DNA from: a virus
Lineage: Duplodnaviria; Caudoviricetes
Direction: 5' to 3' (one strand)
Length of the DNA stretch: 64,000 nucleotides
IMG/VR virus record: IMGVR_UViG_3300015610_000633
Span: 9,700 to 73,699 of that record
Positions 1 to 9,691 of the stretch are shown piece after piece. Position 1 is the first letter of the stretch. Each line of letters opens with the position of its first letter. The position numbers were made by a program, and so were the translations under genes. A model generated the notes under the pieces. That model ran no database searches. It worked only from the letters and a program-made list of their open reading frames with translations, and was not told where the DNA came from.

Positions 1-1327
1 ACTCATCGCGCTTCGGGATCAACTCGTTCACCGATGTCTTCATTCGTTCAACCGTGGTTCGTATGGTGCGAAGGTTCACAAGACGATCCACATCATCACC
101 GCTCACTTGTTGCGGCTTCGGGTTGTCACGTATCCAAGCAATGGCATCTTTCGCCGCTTCGTATTGCCTCCTGAACTCTTCAATCCGAGCTTCATCACGA
201 AGCGTTTGTGTTAGCTGCTTTTCAAGTGAATCGACTATATCGATCAACTTGTTTTTTTCTTGTACAGCAACATCGGCTTCTTGCTTCTTCGTTCGGGCTT
301 CTTCGGTTTGACTAGACAACTCAGCCTGTACCTGTTCGGGTGTATGACAACCCTTGCAAGTCACAGGACACACACCATCAAACCCGCGCTCAACCTGCTT
401 CAAATAGTAATCGGCCGTTTGTGTCTTGCGTGCCGCTTCTGTTGTGAGCTTGTAAAGCTCCGTTCGCTTCTCGCTCAACCGTTGCGATATGGGTTCGCTT
501 GATGCACCCAACCGTTGTTTGAACTCGCGAGCGTTCGTGATGATTTCATCAACACTATCGGCCCTTTCTTTCATGGTCTGCCACTTCGCGAGCCTCTCTT
601 GAACTCGCTCATATGTAGCAACCCGACCTTGTGCGATCTCAATCTCAGCATCCAACGCCGCGATCGCTTCATCGACTCGTGACATGTTCGATTCTGTCAC
701 TTCGATGTTTAGGATCTTAGACAATGATTCGATCGCCCTCGTGATCGTCGCTTCAACAGTCAGCAGTGAACCCATATTCAAGCTAACGGTTGTGGTGGTT
801 GTCTTCTCTTTCTCTTTGGCTACTTCAACCGCCTTATCGAGCTTACTAAGGTCAAGCCATGCCTTGACCATGTCTAGCCGTTCACTCGGTGATGACAGAA
901 TGAATCGGGCCATTTGCCGTTGCTCGAAATAACAGGTGTTGAAGAAATCACGTTGCGACATGCCGAACATACGCAACACCCGATCGCTAGCTACTTGATC
1001 AACGAACTCGCCTTCATTGTCTTTCAAATAAAGTTTGGTTGCACCACCATCGCGAAACCGTTTGATCGTTGTGCCGTTACTCATCACCAACGTAACCGAA
1101 CCCGAACGTTCACCACGGGTGATCCATGCTTCTTCGCGATCAAACCGGTGATATCCGAACAATGCGAACGGTATCGACTCCAAGAACGTCGACTTGCCTA
1201 CCCAGTTCGATCGTTCGTGGTTGTGTTGTTGTCGAGCAACAACGGCGTACACCTTCGGTTCAAGATCAAGTTGTTGAAGGCCACGATATCGACACCAGTT
1301 TTCAAGAATAATTTGCTTCACATACAT
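1..1327 (-). CDS. sbcC: SbcC/Rad50-like (gp46-like) ATPase subunit of recombination nuclease, truncated by the window edge
   Basis: Not in the ORF track because it has no stop in the window. Manual translation from ATG 1327: MYVKQIILENWCRYRG...SNWVGKSTFLESIPFALFG (Walker A variant), coiled coil, then a CPVTCKGC hook-like motif. TGATG overlap with the upstream gene. Confidence 0.88.
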   Translation of the reverse strand, partial: MYVKQIILENWCRYRGLQQLDLEPKVYAVVARQQHNHERSNWVGKSTFLESIPFALFGYHRFDREEAWITRGERSGSVTLVMSNGTTIKRFRDGGATKLYLKDNEGEFVDQVASDRVLRMFGMSQRDFFNTCYFEQRQMARFILSSPSERLDMVKAWLDLSKLDKAVEVAKEKEKTTTTTVSLNMGSLLTVEATITRAIESLSKILNIEVTESNMSRVDEAIAALDAEIEIAQGRVATYERVQERLAKWQTMKERADSVDEIITNAREFKQRLGASSEPISQRLSEKRTELYKLTTEAARKTQTADYYLKQVERGFDGVCPVTCKGCHTPEQVQAELSSQTEEARTKKQEADVAVQEKNKLIDIVDSLEKQLTQTLRDEARIEEFRRQYEAAKDAIAWIRDNPKPQQVSGDDVDRLVNLRTIRTTVERMKTSVNELIPKRDE

Positions 1328-1740
1328 CACACACCTGCTCTTTCGAACACTTCGATCTTCGCTCTCTCGAACGCTTGCTTCAATGGGTGTTCTTGCCCGT
1401 ACACGCGGTTGAAAACGTCGGTGATGTGACGATCGGCAATACTACGCAATGTTACACCGTTCGTTGATTGTACGGGCAATGCAGGCGCCTTGGTTCGGTA
1501 TCTTGGCATCAACCGAACCGAACAACCCTTACCCGTCAACCATTCAACCGCCTTGTTCACATGACGAGCTTCGGCATGTTCGGGCACATACAACCGAACG
1601 AAGAACCCACCTTCAAACGTTGGTTCAGGTTCTTCATCGGTAAAGAATGCCCACAACGGATCATCAACTCGAACAGTCAACAACTTACGAGCCGAAGCAT
1701 CAACAACGAAACTTTCACGCGGTTTGATCGTTCGTCTCAT
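1327..1740 (-). CDS. Hypothetical protein between SbcD and SbcC (possible separate SbcD C-terminal domain)
   Basis: 137-aa ORF translationally coupled on both sides. Confidence 0.7.
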   Translation of the reverse strand: MRRTIKPRESFVVDASARKLLTVRVDDPLWAFFTDEEPEPTFEGGFFVRLYVPEHAEARHVNKAVEWLTGKGCSVRLMPRYRTKAPALPVQSTNGVTLRSIADRHITDVFNRVYGQEHPLKQAFERAKIEVFERAGV

Positions 1741-2492
1741 AGCTTCACCATCATGTAACCGGGGTTGTGATCTTCCTCATCGAAGTGCAACCTTGCCAGT
1801 GAACCAACAACCACCACTTCAACGCCTTCACGCTGAACGGTTTGGTGTCGGTGATAATGGCCTTGGTACACCCGAACATTAGGAAGCAAGCGAAGCCGAT
1901 CAAATGGCAACTCATGATCCAAACCGCGCGCCATGTCACCCGATTCTGAACCGGGTACCATCCCTTTGATTTGCATGTGGCTAATCACTATCGTCGGTGC
2001 ACTGGCATTGCACAACGATGCAAACTTCATCACGTCATTCGCAACACACAGATCATTGTTGTAAGTCGCTAGCGAAGGGTAAGGCAACGCAACCAAGTTG
2101 AAGGGTTGACCTTCGGTGATGTCGCGAGGCTTACACGTTGGGCGATTGTAGAAGTACGGCTTGACCTTCAACGCTTCCGATACGGTGCGAACAATCGAAA
2201 GTGTTGAGTGCTCACTCAACGCCTTCACCACGTCATGGTTGCCTTGCAACCAATGTGAACGAATGCCCGCTTGCGACAACTTCACCACAACACGGACAAG
2301 AAGATCTTGGTATTTGTACCATTCACAAGCGTCAGGTTCTTGGTAGTCACCCAAGAACATAAAGTGTTCAACCTTGTTGTTGATCGCTTCTTCAACAAGC
2401 CATTCGATGCGCTCGCTCAACTCAGAGAACCGATTCACACCCGCGGTTGATGCGTCTACGTGCCAATCACTAGACAGCATTATCGAGATCAT
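1737..2492 (-). CDS. sbcD: SbcD/Mre11-like metallophosphoesterase nuclease
   Basis: SDWH, GD, GNHD and GHYH calcineurin-like motifs; adjacent to the SbcC-like gene. Confidence 0.9.
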   Translation of the reverse strand: MISIMLSSDWHVDASTAGVNRFSELSERIEWLVEEAINNKVEHFMFLGDYQEPDACEWYKYQDLLVRVVVKLSQAGIRSHWLQGNHDVVKALSEHSTLSIVRTVSEALKVKPYFYNRPTCKPRDITEGQPFNLVALPYPSLATYNNDLCVANDVMKFASLCNASAPTIVISHMQIKGMVPGSESGDMARGLDHELPFDRLRLLPNVRVYQGHYHRHQTVQREGVEVVVVGSLARLHFDEEDHNPGYMMVKL

Positions 2493-3694
2493 AACTCGCC
2501 CCCCTTATCGGGTTCGCGTTCAGCCATTTCAAGGCGTACGCATTGCGTAAGTTCACAGTTCAACTTTATATCATCGCGCAACGCATGAAGTAGTTGACGT
2601 TCACCGTGCCACTTGCGATCGCCATATGCCAACCAAGAACCCGACGCTTGAACTATGCCGAACTTCTTAGCCATGAATAGGAGATCGCTTGCTTCATCGA
2701 AGCCTTCGGGTGAATCAACCCCGTTGCTCGTATGAAACCAAGCAAGAGTATTTTTGCCTTCTTTACCACCAACTTTAGTTTTTCGAATGGTCAACCTATG
2801 ACGTTCACCGATCACTTCAGCGTCTTCACCGGTGCCGTTTTTCATCCATGCGTCGCGCTCGACTCGAATGATCAACGATGAGTCGAACTCAAGCGCGTTA
2901 CCCCCTGTCATTTTCCAGTCAGTTGCAAACATATCGGTTGACGTGTTTTGCGACTCTCGGGTGATCGCTATCATTGTCGCGCCTGCTTCTGCCAACATAG
3001 GGATCAACTCGTCAAGCCACGCCGCGTTCATGGCTGCTTTGATCATACCAGCGCGACCCTTGAAACCATCGATCCCATTGTCTAGCTTTTCTTTCTTCAG
3101 TTCCGCGGTCATCTTCGCAAGTATGCTTTCGGGCACAAGCTTGCGAATCGAGTCAACACAGATCAACGCTCGGGTACTCGGATCAATCTTACCCGACTTT
3201 TTGCCCTCGATTATGTTGTGCAAAAACTTACGAGTATTGAGCGCGGTTTGCTCAAACGACTTAGGACGTGAAGCGACGAACAACGGCGAGTTTGACACTT
3301 CACCCATCAAGCCACGAAGCCAACCGATCGGTGTTGTATATTCGGCATCTATGAACCAATAGAAATGTTGACGTTGTAGGAACGAAGAGCCGATACCATG
3401 ACAAAACGAAGTCTTGCCATGTGATGAAGGCCCATGAACCACAACAAACCTTTCGGTAGGCATTCCCCCAACTCGTGTAGCCCAATCAAACGAAATGAAC
3501 CGAGTAGGTACAGCCACAACTTCATTCAATACTTTCGCGGCGGGTTCAATACCATCGATCCCCGCGTATATCGATGAGATCGCCTTTTCATTCGGCGCGA
3601 TCGGTTTGGGCGTGTAGACGCTATCAGGGTCAAAGAAGTCTTCATCAAGTGGCGATTGTTTGATCGGTTTGCGTGGCATGATTGTGATCTCCAT
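2489..3694 (-). CDS. recA: RecA/UvsX-like recombinase
   Basis: GPSSHGKT Walker A, VDSI Walker B, TGGNALEFDSSLIIRV; last sense codon is TTA (TTA TGA). Confidence 0.93.
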   Translation of the reverse strand: MEITIMPRKPIKQSPLDEDFFDPDSVYTPKPIAPNEKAISSIYAGIDGIEPAAKVLNEVVAVPTRFISFDWATRVGGMPTERFVVVHGPSSHGKTSFCHGIGSSFLQRQHFYWFIDAEYTTPIGWLRGLMGEVSNSPLFVASRPKSFEQTALNTRKFLHNIIEGKKSGKIDPSTRALICVDSIRKLVPESILAKMTAELKKEKLDNGIDGFKGRAGMIKAAMNAAWLDELIPMLAEAGATMIAITRESQNTSTDMFATDWKMTGGNALEFDSSLIIRVERDAWMKNGTGEDAEVIGERHRLTIRKTKVGGKEGKNTLAWFHTSNGVDSPEGFDEASDLLFMAKKFGIVQASGSWLAYGDRKWHGERQLLHALRDDIKLNCELTQCVRLEMAEREPDKGGEL

Positions 3695-3702
3695 TATGCA
3701 GC
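3693..3702 (-). promoter_or_regulatory. GCTGCATAAT promoter-like motif upstream of recA
   Basis: Directly after a terminator and before the GGAG RBS; one of about 9 similar copies. Confidence 0.6.
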
Positions 3703-3703
3703 C

Positions 3704-3734
3704 AAAAAAGAAAGCCCCCGATGAACGAGGGCTT
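3704..3734 (-). terminator. Rho-independent terminator
   Basis: Minus strand AAGCCCTCG-TTCAT-CGGGGGCTT followed by TCTTTTTT, downstream of 3758..5029. Confidence 0.8.
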
Positions 3735-3757
3735 ATGTTGAAGCTAAGACAGTCAGA

Positions 3758-5029
3758 TCAAAACGGGAAGTCATCACCATCGGCAAGCGTGGTGTTAGGT
3801 TCATCATTGCGCACTGTAGGCAACTGCGCTTGATGTGATTGTGCCTTCATTTCACTGCGCTTGCGTATCGGTTGCGGTGGTGGGGGTGGTGGTGGCGCGG
3901 CTTGCTCGTATACATACCCGCAATGCGGGCACACAGCAGCGGTTTCTGGCATCGCTTGCCCGCATGAGTCACACGCTACCAGTTCAACCGATTGCGCTTG
4001 TTGTGGTGGCTTCTGCGCCGGTTTGGCTGGCACGTCTACCCGGTTAGACGTTTGTTGTTCACCACCGAACTCGTCAACGGCTTTCTTGTTGAAGGTAGGT
4101 TTTTCAGCCTTGACCTTGAAGATACGATCAAGATCAAACATCGCTTGCACTTGCTTCGGCATGTACGCTTCAACGTATGAACGAAGGTGAGCGACATTAT
4201 ACGGCGTTACCTCGTCACGATCGTCAGGTGGTTCAGAAAAGATCAACTCTTTGATATCGTCACGCAATGGAACCACACCCGAGCCAATGGGGATCGCGTC
4301 GTATTTTTCCATTGGCATCTTGTCTTTGTAATACTTCCAACGAAACGCATAAGGCGTGACTAGTGGGTTAGCCAATGCAGCGCCGAAGCTTTCACGGGCG
4401 TGATGAATGGCCCCCTTGACCTTATCACCGAGAAGTGATGTTTCGACCGCCAGTTGAACACCATCAGCCGGTTTAGCGTCGTTCACCACTGCGAACACGT
4501 AGAACAGTTTTGCGTTGCTGCTTTCTTGCCATGCTCGCGACATCAACAACCCGTGTGCACTTGCAGCGGTTTGAATGAAGTCAGGGATCTTGTTGCCTTG
4601 TAGAAGCCCACAAATGCCCGCTGCTGTTAGATTAGTTGTTGTGCCCGCGCCGTCGGTGACTGACCACACAGTAGTCATCGGGTGCAAACGTCGACTCATT
4701 ACAGCCTGATAGATCTCTTCAAGCAATACACCGAAAGGGTCGTTCGGTGGTACTTCGCGCTGACCCGCTTGATTGCGTGCATACATTGATTTATGCACGG
4801 TTTCGGGATCATGAGTCACAAAGTATTTCGTCCAAACTTCAGTCTTTTCAACTTTGGTTTTGTCGGTGTACGTAAACGGGATCGGGAGCTTGTAACGATA
4901 GATCGGTTTCGGTGGGTATTTAGTATGCAGCCAAACAGTGATTGAGCCATCTTTCGTCCACCCACGAAGCACCTTAGAGTGTTTCGCTTTACCCGTGTCA
5001 TGATTCAAGAAGTCATTGATGTCGGACAT
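3758..5029 (-). CDS. Putative single-stranded DNA-binding protein with zinc ribbon
   Basis: Probable start MSDINDF at 5029; CDSC..CPHC ribbon; acidic tail ending DGDDFPF as in SSBs; lies in the recombination module. Confidence 0.6.
   Translation of the reverse strand: MSDINDFLNHDTGKAKHSKVLRGWTKDGSITVWLHTKYPPKPIYRYKLPIPFTYTDKTKVEKTEVWTKYFVTHDPETVHKSMYARNQAGQREVPPNDPFGVLLEEIYQAVMSRRLHPMTTVWSVTDGAGTTTNLTAAGICGLLQGNKIPDFIQTAASAHGLLMSRAWQESSNAKLFYVFAVVNDAKPADGVQLAVETSLLGDKVKGAIHHARESFGAALANPLVTPYAFRWKYYKDKMPMEKYDAIPIGSGVVPLRDDIKELIFSEPPDDRDEVTPYNVAHLRSYVEAYMPKQVQAMFDLDRIFKVKAEKPTFNKKAVDEFGGEQQTSNRVDVPAKPAQKPPQQAQSVELVACDSCGQAMPETAAVCPHCGYVYEQAAPPPPPPPQPIRKRSEMKAQSHQAQLPTVRNDEPNTTLADGDDFPF
4032..4051. 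repeat. 20-bp quasi-palindrome, copy 1 (in-frame within CDS)
   Basis: ACGTCTACCCGGTTAGACGT. Confidence 0.95.
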
Positions 5030-5089
5030 TTTCGGAACCTTTGAACGTTGGTTGTTGATGCGAACTGTTTTTGAGTTCGCGACAATCAA

Positions 5090-5099
5090 ATAATGCAGC
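5090..5099 (-). promoter_or_regulatory. GCTGCATTAT motif upstream of the SSB-like gene
   Basis: Intergenic copy of the recurring motif. Confidence 0.55.
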
Positions 5100-5124
5100 C
5101 ATATCAAACCCCCCGCTACTTTTT

Positions 5125-5904
5125 TTATCTCACTAGGTCAGACAACTTCCGGGTACTTTGGCACCGACTAATCCAAAGCTGCACAAGGTGTTCTAGATGC
5201 TTCACGGTTTGGTCGTACTTCCGAAGCCTGGCCTGTTGTTCCTGCCACTCATCAGGGTACATTTCAGCGGCCTTGTAGCGTACGTCGGCATCGGTGATCT
5301 GCTTCGTTCTCAACCCGTCTTTTTTCTCTTTCTCAAGAACTTCCTGCGCTGACTTCCACATCGCGCCTATGATCGGATCATGTTGCGCTTCATAGCGCTC
5401 TTTCATGAGCTTTGCGGTCACATACAGCCGATGTGCTTCGCGCGCATTATCTTCAGCTTCATCAATGTTTTTTTGCAACGTGCCACGATCGGCGCGACCC
5501 TCGCCGACCTTCAACTCACGCTTCAAGCGTTCGTATACGCGATCGATGTCACAATCAAAAATCGTGGTCACTATGCGATCAAGTGGTGCCATATCCAACG
5601 CCGCGTTCATTGACTTGTTTGACGGCAAACTATGTGCACCAAACACCGCGTGAACCGGGTTGTCTGAAGTCTTAGCCTTCGGTTCTTCATGTGGTGTTGC
5701 TGGCACCTTATCGGGCGATTTGACGGGTGCAGTAACGGGCATCGGTAGAGTCTCAACACCACCACCACATTGTTCACACAACACACCACTAGGCGTACTA
5801 AACACCGGCCCGAAACATCGCTCACATACTTGCCCTTCAATCAATACGGGCGGAGGTGGTTGTTGTGGTTCAGGTGTTCGAACAACTTCACTTCGTTTTC
5901 GCAT
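5125..5904 (-). CDS. Hypothetical protein with N-terminal Zn finger and helical C-terminus (UvsY-like mediator by inference)
   Basis: CERC/CEQC motifs, Pro-rich linker, coiled C-terminal half; position among RecA, SSB and PolB. Confidence 0.5.
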   Translation of the reverse strand: MRKRSEVVRTPEPQQPPPPVLIEGQVCERCFGPVFSTPSGVLCEQCGGGVETLPMPVTAPVKSPDKVPATPHEEPKAKTSDNPVHAVFGAHSLPSNKSMNAALDMAPLDRIVTTIFDCDIDRVYERLKRELKVGEGRADRGTLQKNIDEAEDNAREAHRLYVTAKLMKERYEAQHDPIIGAMWKSAQEVLEKEKKDGLRTKQITDADVRYKAAEMYPDEWQEQQARLRKYDQTVKHLEHLVQLWISRCQSTRKLSDLVR

Positions 5905-8503
5905 GGTTCACTCCGTTCAATATTTCGTCAATCGTTAGCTTCAATGCAGGTGTAACGGCTACCGTGATCGGTAGATCCATCACAACCAACGCGCTCTTCA
6001 ACTTGCATTCGAGTACAACCGGCCTTGAACCGGGATGACTCTTCAACGCCTCACGTATTCTACCCATCACTTTGGTGTGATGTTCTTCAAGCTGCAATAC
6101 GAATGGTTTATTCTTTGAGCTTTGCGGTGGTGCCAATAGGACACCCGAAAGATCTATTGTCGCAGGTCTATTACACGATGTGATTTCGGGAAACATCGAC
6201 ACCTGACCTTGTTGCTCCAATGACACCCGTTTTGATTCACCCCTGGTTTTTTTCGGCCTGACCTTTTTATATTTATCAAGATCTACTTCGTGATTAGGGA
6301 ATATCGCCGCTAGTAGCCTATAGGTCGGCGGATATACTAGCGACTCCCATAGGTAGAACCGATCGCATTCACCCACCCAATCATCAGCGGGTATTACTTT
6401 CATGGGTGATGTTGACGCATCGGTAACAATGTATTGCACTTTGGTACCTTTGCCGATTTGCTCACCGCGTTCGAGCAATAGTTTTGCAATACGAATATGT
6501 GGCAATGATTCACTTGGATATTCATTCAATGGTTTTGATATTCCCTTTGACACCTTCACTTCATCAACGGGCAACTGTTCATTCAATACCCGATATGCGC
6601 AACGCTCAACCAACTTCAAATACATAGTCAGGTCATCACACTTACCGCAGAACAGTTTGATTACATCTTCTTGAAGTCTACGTGCCATCAATAGGGTATC
6701 ACCGCGCTTATACTCAAGCCCTTTCACTTCGGGTTTTGAATCAATGGTTGCGGCCTTGCCCTTATAATGTAGGTATGTGCCAACATATCGCTTTGCGGCT
6801 GTAAACACTAGCCAATCAAACTGTTTTTCATATGCCAGTTTCACATGGTTTCGAGTACACCCGCACTCTTTCAATATTCGTGGATAAAATGTTTCATTGC
6901 ACCATCGTGTGAAATCCTCGAACTCGCCCTTGGTGCACCCTGTCAAAAATACTGAGTCAGTGTCACCATATACCGCGCGCCACCCACGTTTCACTGCTTC
7001 TTCGATTGTCTTCTTGATCAACCATTGCCCGTTCTGTGTTACCGATTCGGCTATTTGACGATCGTAATATCGGCTAAACGTTGACCCTACCACACCATAA
7101 AAACTATTTGCCGCTACCTTATAGGCTGTAGATCTTCGGTCCGCGTCATACCATTCGGGTGTACCAGGCGCGGCATTAGATTTTCGTTCATTCCATTCTT
7201 TGCGAAGTCTAATCAGTTCACTTAGAGCCGTTGGCAATATTGCCCCTTCGATATTATCAAACCTCACACCTGTACTCGGTGACTTGCAGTATGATTGCCC
7301 GTTCAATACTTCTTTGGTTTCAGGGCTCATATTCCACGTCAAAATAATAGACGGGTACAGGCTAGCGAAGTCGCACACATGCACATTTTTGAGAATGCCC
7401 GCCTTCACATCGGGATGCATGACATATGCGCCAGCATATGGATCGTCATCTTCTTTTTTATTATCATCATCAAATAGCTTAGTCGGAAAGTGAAGGCCAC
7501 GCTGTGCACCTAGTTTCAACATATAACCATCGAGTTGTTTAGTAGGATTCAAAAACCAAGTATCGCAAAACCCGTGACACACTTCGCATAGTGTCTGAAA
7601 TAGTTTGATGTAGCCTGTTTTTCGTTCAAGGCGTGCCAACAATAGAGTGTCTTTTTTATTATACCGCAACAATCGAGCGCGCTCTTCACCGCCCTTTGAC
7701 CATGCCTCAAATGTCTTCTTTGAATCAAACTCGTCTTTAGCTTCACCGAGTATTGCTTGTGCAATATCATTCAACTTGAACGATTGTTTTTCTTCACCGC
7801 TCTCGCTAGCGGTATTCATACGCCTGAACAATACAAGTTGATCAAGGTACAACCATCGCCTGAACTTCACTTGAAGCCCTACAATGTTCGCGCGTTCCTG
7901 CAACATAGGGAAGTCAAAGCTTTGCGCATTCCAACCCACTAGTTGATCATATTTTTCGGCGGCCTTCCAAAATGCATCAAGTAGCTTTTTTTCAGCTTCA
8001 TCATTGTCATATTCAAGCATGCCAGTTTCTACCACCGATTCATCTTCATTGATCAAGGTCCAACACAATATTCGACATTCGATTTTTCGATCGAATGAAA
8101 AGCGTGCATCGGTTTCAATGTCTACATACCCGCGTGAAGGGGTTGCAATAGGTACTTCATGTTCACTCATATATCGTCTAAGTGCACTAACATCACCTTC
8201 AAATGTAGGGATACCCCTTTGCATAAATGGCCCCCCACCCTGCACCGCTGCTTTTCGATCGTTATTAGTACGCCAATCAATGCGTGTAAATCTACCTTGA
8301 TCGATTATTCTTCGAATAGGCATACCCGGCCCACATGCCCGAAATAGTGCCGATCGTGTACCGGGGTCAACGCGTTCGGTTTCGACAAATGCAGTATATG
8401 GTGCTTCTACCGATCGCTTGCGCAACGAACCATCTTCTGAACGGTAGAGAAAAACCAACAACCCATTGTCGTAATCTTCGAACGCGTTGACAAACCCGGT
8501 CAT
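5888..8503 (-). CDS. polB: Family B DNA polymerase with 3'-5' exonuclease
   Basis: DIET, GWNAQSFDFP, YAGAYV, DFASLYPSII, YKVAANSFYG, YGDTDSVF, KRY and KGLEYKRGD motifs. Confidence 0.97.
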   Translation of the reverse strand: MTGFVNAFEDYDNGLLVFLYRSEDGSLRKRSVEAPYTAFVETERVDPGTRSALFRACGPGMPIRRIIDQGRFTRIDWRTNNDRKAAVQGGGPFMQRGIPTFEGDVSALRRYMSEHEVPIATPSRGYVDIETDARFSFDRKIECRILCWTLINEDESVVETGMLEYDNDEAEKKLLDAFWKAAEKYDQLVGWNAQSFDFPMLQERANIVGLQVKFRRWLYLDQLVLFRRMNTASESGEEKQSFKLNDIAQAILGEAKDEFDSKKTFEAWSKGGEERARLLRYNKKDTLLLARLERKTGYIKLFQTLCEVCHGFCDTWFLNPTKQLDGYMLKLGAQRGLHFPTKLFDDDNKKEDDDPYAGAYVMHPDVKAGILKNVHVCDFASLYPSIILTWNMSPETKEVLNGQSYCKSPSTGVRFDNIEGAILPTALSELIRLRKEWNERKSNAAPGTPEWYDADRRSTAYKVAANSFYGVVGSTFSRYYDRQIAESVTQNGQWLIKKTIEEAVKRGWRAVYGDTDSVFLTGCTKGEFEDFTRWCNETFYPRILKECGCTRNHVKLAYEKQFDWLVFTAAKRYVGTYLHYKGKAATIDSKPEVKGLEYKRGDTLLMARRLQEDVIKLFCGKCDDLTMYLKLVERCAYRVLNEQLPVDEVKVSKGISKPLNEYPSESLPHIRIAKLLLERGEQIGKGTKVQYIVTDASTSPMKVIPADDWVGECDRFYLWESLVYPPTYRLLAAIFPNHEVDLDKYKKVRPKKTRGESKRVSLEQQGQVSMFPEITSCNRPATIDLSGVLLAPPQSSKNKPFVLQLEEHHTKVMGRIREALKSHPGSRPVVLECKLKSALVVMDLPITVAVTPALKLTIDEILNGVNHAKTK

Positions 8504-9660
8504 GACACACCTAACTTTTCAATACGTCGGGTTGAGATTTGAAGCGTCAAGTGACCACCCGCGTTAGGCTTTAGCTTGAAAAACATTTCAACATTGTTTT
8601 CAAGCTCCAATCGGCCCCATGGTTCATCAGCAAGCTTCTTCGCTTCTTTGGGTGTGTCACCTTTCTTTGCAGGTGTAGCGAATAGCTTCACGGTCTTATT
8701 GCCAGTGATAGACGCGATCGTGATTACGTCTTTCTTTGATGTGCCAGTTGTAGCGGGTGCACCTTTGCCCGCTGCGCCGCTCTTCGCGGTAGCCTTTGAA
8801 ACATCTTTCTTTCGGCCTTCTTTGACCGGTGCCGCTTTGCCTTCTTTCTTGTTCTTCTCTTTGGTGGCGTCTACCTGTTTTTGAAGTTGACGCTTAGAAG
8901 CAGTTTCGGCGATCGCGAGAAGTTGCGCTTGATCCTCGGGTGGTACCTGCAACAGCAACCCAAGCTTCGAAGGTCCAAACTTCATCACCTGTTCTTCATT
9001 GAATGCCCTCGCGATATCCATCAGGTTGTAGGCATGTGCAGGGCTAATCTTCAGTTCGTTTTCACAGAACGCGTTGAAGCTGCTGTACAGTGATTTACCT
9101 TCGGCGTCTGTTCGTAGTTTCCACAACGCCTTCGTGTGGTTCTCTGCGATCAACTTGCCGATAGTCCAATGCGACTTTGCAGCGTTACCTTTCGCTTCTT
9201 GTATGGCTGCGACCGATTGATCAAGATCTGCGATGGTACCTTGGGGGATGATTTCGGCGTCGTGAATGGCCCCCCCTTTCTTCGGTTTGCTCATTGTGGC
9301 CGGTGATACCTTCGCGAGTGCTGTCGTCGTTTCTGGTGTAACTGGCGCCTTCTTCTTGCCCTTCGGTTTAGCTTCGGGCTTGTCTTGTTTGGGTTCGGGT
9401 GTTTTCACGGTTACGCCTTCGGGTGGTTGATCGGACATTCCACAATAAGGGCACTCATCGAATGAGATACTTGAAACGCCTTCGCAACCATCGCACTTCA
9501 CAAGTTCATCGGAAGGCTTAGTAGCGAAATAATCACTAAGGTTTTTGATGTTTTGCGCCAAGTCAGCGGTCACTTCAATACCGACCTTTTCAAGCGCTTG
9601 ATTGATTAGTTCGGGCTTCACCTTGCTTAGTTGAACACCTGCTACCGTTTTGCTTGCCAT
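8500..9660 (-). CDS. Putative DNA-binding protein (Zn ribbon, HTH-like centre, Lys-rich region)
   Basis: CDGC..CPYC; HWTIGKLI...YSSFNAFCENELKISPAHAYNLMDIAR segment; Lys/Ala-rich tail; in-frame TTA at 8512 near the end. Confidence 0.6.
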   Translation of the reverse strand: MASKTVAGVQLSKVKPELINQALEKVGIEVTADLAQNIKNLSDYFATKPSDELVKCDGCEGVSSISFDECPYCGMSDQPPEGVTVKTPEPKQDKPEAKPKGKKKAPVTPETTTALAKVSPATMSKPKKGGAIHDAEIIPQGTIADLDQSVAAIQEAKGNAAKSHWTIGKLIAENHTKALWKLRTDAEGKSLYSSFNAFCENELKISPAHAYNLMDIARAFNEEQVMKFGPSKLGLLLQVPPEDQAQLLAIAETASKRQLQKQVDATKEKNKKEGKAAPVKEGRKKDVSKATAKSGAAGKGAPATTGTSKKDVITIASITGNKTVKLFATPAKKGDTPKEAKKLADEPWGRLELENNVEMFFKLKPNAGGHLTLQISTRRIEKLGVS

Positions 9661-9681
9661 TGGTTTTTGCTCCTGACTCCG

Positions 9682-9691
9682 ATTATGCAGC
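9682..9691 (-). promoter_or_regulatory. GCTGCATAAT motif upstream of 8500..9660
   Basis: Overlaps the sigma gene stop codon. Confidence 0.55.

Noticed and set aside
4920-4935. GCTGCATACT as another promoter copy
   Set aside because: It lies within coding sequence (WLHTK), far from any start; probably chance
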